Assembly (NCBI GenBank): GCA_963808235.1
Contig: CAWEEQ010000004.1
Span: 128,001 to 192,000, forward strand
Direction: 5' to 3'
Source of the DNA: an uncultured delta proteobacterium
GTDB lineage: Bacteria; Desulfobacterota; Binatia; Binatales; Binataceae
DNA length: 64,000 nucleotides
Below the pieces are notes generated by a model. It was not told the origin of the DNA. It ran no database searches and worked only from the letters and a program-made list of their open reading frames with translations. Within the stretch, counting starts at the first letter, position 1; the number at the start of each line of letters is the position of its first letter. This document shows, piece after piece, positions 1-9,175 of this stretch. The translations under genes were made by a program, and so were the position numbers.

Positions 1-747
1 ATCGGCGCCGAGGTCGAGCGACTTCAGATGGCGCCGGTTGCGCAGATTCCAGATATGAATCGCGTGTCCGTACTTGTTGCCGAGCAGCAGTTCGGGAACG
101 ATGCCGTTCTCGATCATATTCGGCGTGCCCCATTCGCTGGTGACCGCGACGTCGTAACCGAGATGCCACCAGAAATCGTACGCGAAGTTCTGCGGACCGC
201 GATCGACTTCCCATCGCCCGAGCACGTCGAAGCTCTCGTGATCGAGCAGGAATATTCCGCCCGGTCCGCCGCCGCCCGGCGCGCCCAGCGCGCTGACGTA
301 TATCGCGTCAGGCCCGCAATGGATCGTATGCACGCGGCTGTAACCGGTGCGCGACGCGATTTCCTCCGGCTCGATCGTTTTCACCAGCTTCGGATTTCGC
401 GGGTCGGGTTTGGTGTCGAAGATGTACATCCGCGACGAGCGCAGGCCCGGTACCAGCAGGTAGCGCCGCTCGATATGCGGATGCGGCGCGTATGGACATA
501 GCGCGGCACTGCACGCGTTCCATCCGAAGTGATGAAGCTCGTCGCCGACGCCAGGCACCTCGACACGCCCAACCACCTGCGAATAGGTGCTCGATTCCGG
601 ATTGAGGTCGAGCACGCAGAGCGCGTCATGACGCCCATTTTTCGGCGTCGGATTGAAAGTCACCACGTAGCCAAGATGCTCGCGCGGCGCCTGCATCGCC
701 ATCCGCGCCGAAGGATAAAACGTCTGATCGGGTTTCCACAGCGCCAT
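1..747 (-). CDS. Selenium-binding protein SBP56 family (SELENBP1/methanethiol oxidase homolog), 3' end outside window
   Basis: Not in ORF track. Manual minus-strand translation from ATG at 747: MALWKPDQTFYPSARMAMQAPREHLGYV...GDELHHFGWNACSAALCP...RRYLLVPGLRSSRMYIFD...HTIHCGP...AYDFWWHLG, typical SBP56 motifs. Open to the window edge. Confidence 0.9.
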   Translation of the reverse strand, partial: MALWKPDQTFYPSARMAMQAPREHLGYVVTFNPTPKNGRHDALCVLDLNPESSTYSQVVGRVEVPGVGDELHHFGWNACSAALCPYAPHPHIERRYLLVPGLRSSRMYIFDTKPDPRNPKLVKTIEPEEIASRTGYSRVHTIHCGPDAIYVSALGAPGGGGPGGIFLLDHESFDVLGRWEVDRGPQNFAYDFWWHLGYDVAVTSEWGTPNMIENGIVPELLLGNKYGHAIHIWNLRNRRHLKSLDLGAD

Positions 748-840
748 CAGTGTTGACCGCCTTGATGAGGTGACTCCGACCGTATCCAACCGACCGAATC
801 TCAATCAACCCCCGCTGCGGCGCCTACGACGCTTTTACTT

Positions 841-873
841 TTGTTCCCCTTCCCACTATGGGAAGGGGTTAGG
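841..873. repeat. Short palindromic intergenic repeat (REP-like), copy 1
   Basis: TTGTTCCCCTTCCC-actat-GGGAAGGGGTTAGG; near-identical copy at 7697-7735. Confidence 0.75.
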
Positions 874-918
874 TTAGCGCGATCCATCTCAAAAGCGCTC
901 TTTTCGGGACCAATAGCC

Positions 919-1728
919 ATGGACTACAAGACCATCGTTTTCGAGAAGCACGACCGCATCGCCAAAGTCATCCTCAATCGTCCGCGCTACAAGAACGCTC
1001 AATCGCGCGTGATGCTCGAGGAGATGGACACTGCGTTTGCCGACGCCAATTCCGACGACAACATTCGCGTCATTATCCTGTCCGGCGCCGGCGATAATTT
1101 CTGCTCGGGTCACGACTTGGGCACCGCCGAGGAAAAAGAGGATCAGGAGCGCCGGCCTTTTCCCAAGGGGATGCGCGGCGAGTACATGCGCTCCCGCCAG
1201 ATGTTTCTCGACAACACGCTTCGATGGCGCGATCTCGACAAACCGACCATCGCGCAAGTGCACGGGCTCTGCATCTTCGGCGGATGGATGTTCGCCGCCG
1301 CGATGGATCTGGTCGTCGCGTCCGACGACGCGAAGTTCCTCCCCGCGCTGCTCCAGTACTTCTCGATTCCGTGGGACATGCCACCGCGCAAGGCCAAGGA
1401 AATCCTCTTCCAGAGCCGCTTCGTCAGCGCCGAGGAGGCGCAGGAGCTTGGCTTCGTGAACATGGTAGTGCCGCGCGCGCGGCTCGCGGAAGAAACTCTC
1501 GCGCTCGCGACGCGCATCGCGGAGAGCGATCGCTTCACGCTCAGGATGGTCAAGTGGGCGGTGAATTCCGCGCAGGATGCGATGGGATACAGCACCGCGA
1601 TTCGCAACGCTCACTCGCATCACATGGTGCTCGGCATCAGCGGCTACATGCAGGCCAAGATGGAAGGAAAGGGGCTCCCAAAGCGGATGGCCGGCGTCGA
1701 GCAGGCACTCAAGAAAATGAAAAAGTGA
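919..1728 (+). CDS. Enoyl-CoA hydratase/isomerase (crotonase) family protein
   Basis: MDYKTIVFEK..IAKVILNRP..KNA, FCSGHDL, KPTIAQVHGLCIFGG; ATG at 919 preferred over 841. Confidence 0.9.
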   Translation: MDYKTIVFEKHDRIAKVILNRPRYKNAQSRVMLEEMDTAFADANSDDNIRVIILSGAGDNFCSGHDLGTAEEKEDQERRPFPKGMRGEYMRSRQMFLDNTLRWRDLDKPTIAQVHGLCIFGGWMFAAAMDLVVASDDAKFLPALLQYFSIPWDMPPRKAKEILFQSRFVSAEEAQELGFVNMVVPRARLAEETLALATRIAESDRFTLRMVKWAVNSAQDAMGYSTAIRNAHSHHMVLGISGYMQAKMEGKGLPKRMAGVEQALKKMKK

Positions 1729-1742
1729 AAAAGTGAAAAAGT
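1718..1742 (+). repeat. Tandem 8-mer (TGAAAAAG)x3 spanning the stop codon
   Basis: tgaaaaag tgaaaaag tgaaaaag t read directly. Confidence 0.8.
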
Positions 1743-1819
1743 AGCTGCGGAGTTCCGCAAAGACCTCTTGCGTACGAACGCTTTTCGCATCAATTTTCAG
1801 AATTCGTCATAATGAAATT

Positions 1820-2954
1820 GTGACGATTTCTACGCGAAGCTTGAGCTATGCAATCGTCGCCACATTCTTTCTAATCGCGTTCACCGCGAGCGCCTCCGGC
1901 GCATTCTCATGGTTCGGTTCGAGTCCGACAGCCACACCGACGCCGTCATCGTCGGCAAACCCCCTTCCTGCGCCCGCCGCACCGAGAGCCGCGCTACCTC
2001 GCGCGACGCCTGCGCCGATTGCGCATCGGATCGCCGGCGGCCAGTTCGATTTCATCGTCGCCGACGCCAACTCTTTCAGGAGGATCGGCTCGCGATTCGG
2101 CGTCAGCCCAAGGGTGCTCGCCCGCGACAACGGTATGCAGGTCACGGATCTAATCCCTGCCGGCGCGATCATCCATGTCGACAATCGACACATCGTTCCC
2201 GATCGAAGGATACGATCTCATCGAGATCAATCTGCCGCAGCGGATGCTCTTCCACTTCGAAGACGGCCGGCTGAGCGGTGCGTATCCCGTCGCAATCGGA
2301 CAGCCGAGCAAGCAGTGGCAAACGCCGATCGGCGCGTTCAAGGTGATCCAGATGCGCGAGGATCCGACCTGGCGCGTGCCAGCTTCGATTCAGCGCGAAG
2401 AGGAAGAGGCGGGCAAGGACGTCGAGGACGAGATCGATCCCGGACCCGACAACCCGCTCGGCAAATACTGGATCGGGCTCAGCATGCCGGTGATCGGAAT
2501 TCACGGCACCAATCATCCGATAACCGTGTACAGCTACCGGACTCACGGATGCGTCCGGTTGCATCCCGACGATATCGAGGCGCTGTTCGAGTCCGTCGAT
2601 CTTAATGACCGCGGCGAAATCGTCTACTTGCCCCTGATGCTGGCGCGGCTCGACGGCGGGCACATCTTCCTCGAGAGCCAGAAGGACATCTACCGAAAAG
2701 GCACCGGCGGAATCGACGCGGTCAGGGCTCTTGCGCGGGCCGGTAGGATTGATAGCCTGATTGACTGGTCTCGTGCTGGGGAAGTAATAGACGACGAAGA
2801 TGGAATCGCGCGCGACGTGACCCTCATGTCCGATCGCGCAGGGGGAACGCGAGCAGATCCGATCGCCGCAACGACAAGTGAGCCAGGAGCCAAACTCAAA
2901 ATCGCAGACCGGCCTCCGCGCGGATTTGTCGCGTCGGCGCTTCCTGCGCGTTAG
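1820..2954 (+). CDS. LysM-like domain L,D-transpeptidase (YkuD/ErfK family), frameshift near 2200
   Basis: Signal peptide and LysM-like segment (FGVSPRVLARDN) in ORF 1820; catalytic domain IEINLPQRML..YPVAIG..IGIHGT..THGCVRL in ORF 2175. Confidence 0.85.
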
Positions 2955-3463
2955 CGCGTTGGCAGCGGCGCAGCTGATGATCCCGGCGGTCGCGATGGCG
3001 CGTACGCAGCTCCGGACTCGGCAGCCGCTCGCTCAAGTTCTACAATCTTCACACCGGCGAGAGTCTCAAGACCACTTACTGGGAGAATGGCAGCTACGTT
3101 CCGGGCGAACTCGCCCGCGTCAATTACATCCTGCGCGACTTCCGCGCCAACGAAGTCAAGCCGATCGATCCCGCGCTGCTCGATTTGCTGGTGAGAGCCC
3201 AGCGCCGGCTCGGCACCTCGGAGCCGTACCAGGTGATTTCCGGATACCGCTCGCCGCTGACCAATGCGATGCTCCACGCGAACAGCGAAGGCGTCGCGGT
3301 CCACAGCCTGCACATCGACGGCAAGGCGATCGATATCTGCGTGCCCGGCCGCAGCCTCGGGCAAGTTCGCGGCGCCGCGCTCGCGCTTCAGGGCGGCGGC
3401 GTCGGCTACTATCCGAAGAGCGGCTTCGTCCACATGGACACCGGCCGCGTCCGCTTCTGGTAA
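2878..3463 (+). CDS. YcbK/DUF882 family peptidase M15A (MepK-like), Tat signal, frameshift near 3020
   Basis: SRRRFL Tat motif; the shifted frame gives LKFYNLHTGE..ISGYRSPLTN..SLHIDGKAID..GVGYYPKSGFVHMDTGRVRFW. Confidence 0.88.
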
Positions 3464-3473
3464 TCTCCGAGCG

Positions 3474-4218
3474 TTACTTCGTCGCGACTGCGATCAGCCG
3501 CTGCGCATTTTGATCGTAAGGCCGTCGCGTCGAGGCTTCCGTACAAGCTGACTTCGCGAAATCCCGCCGAGCGCAGCAGGCTTTCCAGTTCTGCGCCCGA
3601 ATACAATCGTAAAGTCAGCGTCGATGCGCGCCGCTCGTTGCCGCGAATCCGGGTCCATCGAGTCTCGATCCGCTTCCATCCGTCGAGCAGTCGGCGCTCC
3701 TCGAGCATATCGTTCCGTCATCTCGCGTGTTCCAGTCGCGCTCGCGAAATCTGCCCGCGAGGATTTCCTTCCCCACGACGTCGACGATCAGCCGTCCGCC
3801 CGGTTTCGATAGAATCGCAGAGATTGCGCGCGACTCTGGCATCGTCGGCGGGATCGTCGAAATATCCGAACGCGGTGAAGAAGTTGATCGCGCCGTCAAA
3901 GGCCGCCGGCCGCGAGAATTCGCGCATGTCGGACTGCACGAACTCAATTTCGAGATTCTCTTTCGCGGCGCTCGCGCGCGCCTGGTCAAGGTAGGGAACC
4001 GTGCGATCGACGCCGGTCACTTTGAACCCGCGCCGTGCGAATTCCATCGAATGCCGCCCGATACCGCAACACAAATCGAGCACCGCGGCGCCGCTCTGGA
4101 GGCCGAGCAGCGCAATCATCCGGTCGACTTCCGCGCCGGTCAGCTCGAGCCGGCGCGAGTCGAACATGTAGCCTTGAAAAGTTTCCCAGAAGGAATCGTC
4201 GTCGTACCACTCGGTCAT
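3474..4218 (-). CDS. Class I SAM-dependent methyltransferase (about three frameshifts)
   Basis: VLDLCCGIGRH motif I, FTAFGYF, then LKPGGRLIVD and LRLYSGAELESLL..AGF in other frames. Confidence 0.8.
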
Positions 4219-4252
4219 CCGGATCGCTCGTGAGTTCCGGGGTCGACCAGCG

Positions 4253-5146
4253 CTACACTGTGCGGCGCAGGAAATCGCACATCTTGCCGAGCGCCTCTCC
4301 GCATCCCCGGAGCACGTCCATCTGCACGAAGCCGTGCGGCATGTCCTCGAAAATGTGCAGTTCGTGGCTGATGTCGGCGCGCTTGAGCGCGTCGGCCATC
4401 GCGTGCGACTCGGGCAGCAACGGATCCGCGGTGCCGCAAATGATACAGCTCGGCGGCATCGCGCCCGGCTTCACACTCTTGAGCGGGCTGACGCGCGGAT
4501 CTTCGAGAATCGCCGGGTATCCTGAGCCCGCATAAGCTTTCGCCATTCCCTCCATCGCTTCGTTGCCCTCGCCCTAGCGTTTGATCGTCGCGGGGAAATC
4601 GAACACGCCGTAAATCAAAAGCGCGGCCTTCGGTTTCGCGCCGCGATAATTCTCCGCCGCGAGCGATGCCACCGTTGCAGCGGCAAGATTGCCGCCGGCG
4701 GAATCGCCGCCGACTGCGATACGCGCGCCGTCGCCGTTCCATCGCTTCGCGTTCTCGCCCGCCCATTTCACCGCATGGATGCAATCGTCGAGGCCGGCTG
4801 GAAACGGATGCTCGGGCGCGAGCCGGTAATCGACGTTGATCGTCAGGAATCCTTCCGCCGCGAATTGCATCACGAGTTTGCGATGCGTCTTCGCGCTGCC
4901 CGCGACCCATCCTCCGCCGTGAATATAGACGAGCACGCGATGCGGCCCGTTGCCCTTCGGCACCGCGATGTCGGCGCTAAGTCCCGGCCTGATCTCAACC
5001 GCCTCATGCAGCGCGCCGATCTCTGGCGGGTTCTGATTCATCATCGGCGCGAACGTATCCAGCGCCGCGCGCAGCCCCTTCACGTCGGTCGGAATGGGTG
5101 CCTTGGCGATCGCGTCGAGAAAAGCGCGTTCCTGTTCATTGAGCAT
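4253..5146 (-). CDS. HSL-family alpha/beta hydrolase (esterase) with in-frame TAG at 4574-4576
   Basis: HGGGW, YRLAPEHPFPA and GDSAGG lie before the stop; GTADPL and HGF (catalytic Asp/His) continue in the same frame after it. Confidence 0.85.
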
Positions 5147-5200
5147 GACTGCCTCCGAAGCGGAAAAGATTGTGTCGCGCCGCGTGGCGCGCGATTGCGA

Positions 5201-5533
5201 TTACTGGAGTGCGGATGCGCCCAGCGCGGCCTTCACTAGCGGCTCGAGCTCGCCGGTCTCATGCAGCTCGCGGATGATGTCGCATCCGCCGACGAACTTG
5301 CCGTCGATATAGACCTGCGGGATCGTCGGCCAGTTGCTGTAGCGCTTGATACCGTCGCGCAACTCGGGATCGCTCAGCACGTCGGCAGTCTCGTACGGCA
5401 CGCCCAACTGGTCGAATATCGCGACCGTCGCCGCCGAGAATCCGCACTGCGGAAAACTGCGGTTGCCCTTCATGAAGATCATGACCTTGTTGCCTTTTAC
5501 CGCTGACTCGATTCGCTCGATTATGTCCGCCAT
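5201..5533 (-). CDS. grxD: Monothiol glutaredoxin (Grx4)
   Basis: PQCGFS, WPTIPQVY, GGCDI. Confidence 0.95.
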   Translation of the reverse strand: MADIIERIESAVKGNKVMIFMKGNRSFPQCGFSAATVAIFDQLGVPYETADVLSDPELRDGIKRYSNWPTIPQVYIDGKFVGGCDIIRELHETGELEPLVKAALGASALQ

Positions 5534-5542
5534 GTGAAAATT

Positions 5543-5791
5543 CTACCTCCGGTTCTGATACTGTGCCGGCGTCAATGTCTTCAGCGTCAGCGCATGCACC
5601 TGCACGCGCATCGCGTCGCCGAGCGCCTGGTAAACCAGTTGATGCCGTTCGACAAGACCCTTGCCCTCGAAACTTTGACTCACCACCAGCGCCTCGAAAT
5701 GATCTCCGCCGCCGGTGTAGTCATGCACTTCAACCTGCGCATCGGGAATCCCGCGCGCAATCATCGTCTCGATTTCCTTGGGGTCCATCAT
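5543..5791 (-). CDS. BolA family protein
   Basis: GGGDHFEALVVS..FEG..LVERHQLVY..VHAL; next to grxD. Confidence 0.93.
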   Translation of the reverse strand: MMDPKEIETMIARGIPDAQVEVHDYTGGGDHFEALVVSQSFEGKGLVERHQLVYQALGDAMRVQVHALTLKTLTPAQYQNRR

Positions 5792-5854
5792 TGATCCAAC
5801 ATCTTAACCCGCAAAGACCCGGCGAATCCACACTATTCGACTGATTCCAACTAT

Positions 5855-6487
5855 CTAATTGACCGCCGAAATGTCCACGACGTGGCCGTTGATATCATCA
5901 GGCTTGCTCGGCACGCCCTTGCCTTTGACGCCGTCGATCAACAGCCGCGCGCCCTCGCTGATTTCGCCGGGACGTCCCGCACCCACGATTCGCGAAATGA
6001 TCTTGCCGTCCGGTCCGACGAACAGCGTCGTCGGTATCGCCTCCACTCCGAGGCTGTCGATCAGTTCCTGGTCGGCCAGCGCGACTGGATAATTAATTTT
6101 GAATTCTGCGACGAACGGGCCGACTGCGTCGACTCCGTCACCCTGTACCAGGTCGCACGAAACGCCGATAATGACGAGTCCGCGCGTCTTGTTGTATCGC
6201 TTGTAAAGTGCGACCAGCTCCGGAATCTGGCGGCGGCATGGACTGCACCAGGTCGCCCAAAAATCCACGATCACCGGATGACCGCGATAGTTGCTGAAGT
6301 CGATCGTGCGGCCGTTCAGACCACGCGCCGTGAAATTCAAGCCCTGGTCGCTGCGCGTCTCGCGCGCTTTCGGCGGTTCGAATCGCAACAGCTCTTTCGG
6401 CTTTTCTTTGAACCGAAAGTTCAAGATCGCGGCCGCGATCAGCACTACGGCGCCGATGATCAGGACGGTGCGGATTATCGGACCCAC
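5855..6487 (-). CDS. TlpA/ResA family thiol-disulfide oxidoreductase, membrane anchored
   Basis: N-terminal TM segment, DFWATWCSPC, IPTT. Confidence 0.9.
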   Translation of the reverse strand: MGPIIRTVLIIGAVVLIAAAILNFRFKEKPKELLRFEPPKARETRSDQGLNFTARGLNGRTIDFSNYRGHPVIVDFWATWCSPCRRQIPELVALYKRYNKTRGLVIIGVSCDLVQGDGVDAVGPFVAEFKINYPVALADQELIDSLGVEAIPTTLFVGPDGKIISRIVGAGRPGEISEGARLLIDGVKGKGVPSKPDDINGHVVDISAVN

Positions 6488-6506
6488 AGCTTCCTCGATT
6501 CCGCGC

Positions 6507-7646
6507 TCATACCTGCTCGATCACCGTCGCGATACCCTGTCCAATCCCGATACACATCGTCGCCACGCCCAGCGCCACGCCGCGCCGGCGCATCTCATGC
6601 GTCAGCGTCACGACCAGCCGCGCGCCGGAACAACCCAGCGGATGGCCGAGAGCGATTGCGCCGCCGTTCACGTTCAGGATTTCTTCATTGATCTTGAGAT
6701 CGGTATTGCAGGCGAGCACCTGGGCGCCAAAGGCCTCGTTGATTTCGAACAGGTTGATATCGCCGATCTTGAGGCCCGCGCGGCCGAGCGCCTTGTGCGT
6801 CGATGGCACCGGCCCCCATCCCATTATTTCCGGCCGCACGCCCGCAACCGCCGTGGCCCGAATCTTCGCCATCGGCTTTATCCCCAGCGCTCGCGCACGG
6901 TCGGCGCTCATCAACAGAACCGCCGCCGCGCCGTCGCTCAACTGCGAGGAGTTCCCCGCCGTCACCTGCCCGTCGGGCTTGAAGGAGGGCTTCAGGCCGG
7001 CGAGCTTCTCCATGCTGGTTTCCGCGCGAGGCCCCTGGTCGACATCGACGGTCGTCCCGTCGGGCAGCTTGACCGGCACGATCTCTTCCTTGAAACGATC
7101 GCGCGCCGCGACCGCGCGCATGTTCGAGCGCATCGAGAATGCGTCCGATTGCTCGCGCGTGATTTTGTACATGTCGGCCAGCCGCTCGGCCGTCATCCCC
7201 ATGAAAAACATGTCGCGTGGAAACATCTCGAGCAATTTCGGATTGGGCAGAATCCCCGAGCCCATCGCCACGTGCGTCATGTGCTCGACGCCGCCGGCAA
7301 TCGCGACTTCGCCCGCTCCGGTCATTATTTCCTGCGCCGCAAAATTCACCGCCTGCAGACTCGAGCCGCATTGGCGATCGATCGTCGTGCCCGCGACTTC
7401 CACCGGCAGCCCCGAGAGCAGCCCGATCATCCTGCCGACGTTGAGGCCCTGCTCACCGGTCTGATTGGCGCATCCCCACACCACGTCTTCGATCTCTTTG
7501 GGATCGAGCTTCGGATTTTTTTCCAGCAGCCGCCGGATACAGAGCGCGCCGAGATCGTCGCCGCGGATATCCTTGTAATAGCCCTTGTCCTTGCCGGCCT
7601 TCCCGATCGGCACCCTTATTCCATCAACGATAACAACGTCGCGCAC
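6507..7646 (-). CDS. Thiolase (acetyl-CoA C-acyltransferase)
   Basis: RQCGSS, NEAF, GHPLG, CIGIGQG; GTG start at 7646 after AGAGGAG. Confidence 0.95.
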   Translation of the reverse strand: MRDVVIVDGIRVPIGKAGKDKGYYKDIRGDDLGALCIRRLLEKNPKLDPKEIEDVVWGCANQTGEQGLNVGRMIGLLSGLPVEVAGTTIDRQCGSSLQAVNFAAQEIMTGAGEVAIAGGVEHMTHVAMGSGILPNPKLLEMFPRDMFFMGMTAERLADMYKITREQSDAFSMRSNMRAVAARDRFKEEIVPVKLPDGTTVDVDQGPRAETSMEKLAGLKPSFKPDGQVTAGNSSQLSDGAAAVLLMSADRARALGIKPMAKIRATAVAGVRPEIMGWGPVPSTHKALGRAGLKIGDINLFEINEAFGAQVLACNTDLKINEEILNVNGGAIALGHPLGCSGARLVVTLTHEMRRRGVALGVATMCIGIGQGIATVIEQV

Positions 7647-7696
7647 TCTTTTTTCTCCTCTTGAACTCCGTGAGTCATACCCCAATCTACGCGCGA

Positions 7697-7735
7697 TTGT
7701 TCCCCTTCCCTCAAGGGAAGGGGTTAGGGGTTAGG
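7697..7735. repeat. Short palindromic intergenic repeat (REP-like), copy 2
   Basis: TTGTTCCCCTTCCC-tcaa-GGGAAGGGGTTAGGGGTTAGG; matches 841-873. Confidence 0.75.
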
Positions 7736-7742
7736 TCGAACT

Positions 7743-8939
7743 CTATATGATACTCCGCCGCCGCAATTCCGACAGACGTAAAGAATCATATCCAAGAATC
7801 CGCGTCAGCACCTCGTCAGTCGCCTCGCCAAGCCCCGGCGCGCGAGTCGTGGGAATTCCGGCGTCGTCCGCGGCCTTGAGCGGAGAGCCGGGCACGATCA
7901 AGCCGGCGAAGCTCGGATGCTCCGCGTGCAGAATCATGTTGCGCTCCGCCAGATGAGGGTCGCGGGTGACCTCTTCCACATTCGCGATCGGTGCGCACGG
8001 GACCGAAGCCTCGGTAAGCTGGCGGAGCCAATGCGCTCGCGGCCGCGATGCGAAATGGCGCGCCAGAATTTCCTCCAGCTCGCGATGGTTCGCGGTCCGG
8101 TCTGCGTTGGTCTTGAAACGCGAATCGCTTTTCAGCGCCGGCATCGCAATCGCGTCGCAAAATCGCAACCATATCGCCTGGTTGCCCGCGCCCATCACAA
8201 AGTAATCGTCAGATGCGTGGAACTGCTGAAAGGGCGTGATCGACGGATGCCGCGTGCCGAGCCGCCCGGGAATTTTTCCGGACACCGAGTAGCGCGCGAG
8301 CGCGTCCTCCAGCATCGCGACCTGGCAATCGAGCATCGCGATATCCACGTGATTGCCAACTCCGTCGCGATCGCGAATCCGCAGTGCCGCGATAATCGCA
8401 ATCACTCCGTAGAGCGCCGCCGAGAGATCGCCCACCGACACCCCGCATCGCACCGGCTCTCCACCCGCGTTGCCGGTGATACTCATGGTGCCGCCGAGCG
8501 CCTGCGCCACGATGTCGTAAGCGGGCGCCGTCGTCATCGGCCCCGTCTGTCCGAATCCTGAAATCGAGCAAAGAATGATTTTTGGATTTACGGCCTTCAA
8601 TTGATCGTAACCAATCTTGAAACGATCCATCGTACCCGGCGAAAAATTCTCGACCACCACATCGGACTTCACCGCGAGCTCCAGAAAAATCGCGGCGCCA
8701 TCTTCGCCGCGCAGATCCAGCGTGATGCTGCGCTTGCCGCGATTGACGCTGTAAAAATATCCCGAGTCGCCTGACGGCATCATCGGCGCGAAGCTGCGCG
8801 AATCGTCGCCGCGCCCGGGCATCTCGATCTTGATCACCTCGGCCCCGAGATCGGCGAGATTCATCGTGCAGAACGGACCCGCGAGCACTCGGGTCAAATC
8901 GAGCACCCGCACGCCGTCGAGCGGCTTCTGATCGATCAT
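7743..8939 (-). CDS. CoA-transferase family III (CaiB/BaiF)
   Basis: LDGVRVLDLTRVLAGP, GAEVIKIE, NRGKRSITLDL, ENFSPG. Confidence 0.93.
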   Translation of the reverse strand: MIDQKPLDGVRVLDLTRVLAGPFCTMNLADLGAEVIKIEMPGRGDDSRSFAPMMPSGDSGYFYSVNRGKRSITLDLRGEDGAAIFLELAVKSDVVVENFSPGTMDRFKIGYDQLKAVNPKIILCSISGFGQTGPMTTAPAYDIVAQALGGTMSITGNAGGEPVRCGVSVGDLSAALYGVIAIIAALRIRDRDGVGNHVDIAMLDCQVAMLEDALARYSVSGKIPGRLGTRHPSITPFQQFHASDDYFVMGAGNQAIWLRFCDAIAMPALKSDSRFKTNADRTANHRELEEILARHFASRPRAHWLRQLTEASVPCAPIANVEEVTRDPHLAERNMILHAEHPSFAGLIVPGSPLKAADDAGIPTTRAPGLGEATDEVLTRILGYDSLRLSELRRRSII

Positions 8940-9069
8940 CGATGCCTCTTACAGAACATTAAAGTGATTCTTTAAGTTATCGGAAATCTCTCGCCCACGC
9001 ATCGTAACTAATCGGTTGTGGCGAGCAAACAATTCGTTTTCCTTTCTCTGGACTGACCGATCCTTGCGA

Positions 9070-9085
9070 TGTTTCACGTGAAACA
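9070..9085. promoter_or_regulatory. parS centromere-like site
   Basis: TGTTTCACGTGAAACA, an exact match to the broadly conserved parS consensus, intergenic, inside a 20 bp perfect palindrome (9068-9087). Confidence 0.85.
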
Positions 9086-9175
9086 TCTTACCCGAAAACT
9101 CCAACAGCTATCGGCACTTTGGCTGAAGTTGACAGCGATTTGATCACAATTTGGTAGGCTGAAGAAATGCCGCCG

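Noticed and set aside
28-756. Plus-strand ORFs 28-501 and 529-756
   Set aside because: Antisense shadows of the SBP56 gene on the minus strand.
1820-3463. L,D-transpeptidase next to YcbK as a novel module
   Set aside because: Known pairing, as in E. coli ycbB-ycbK.
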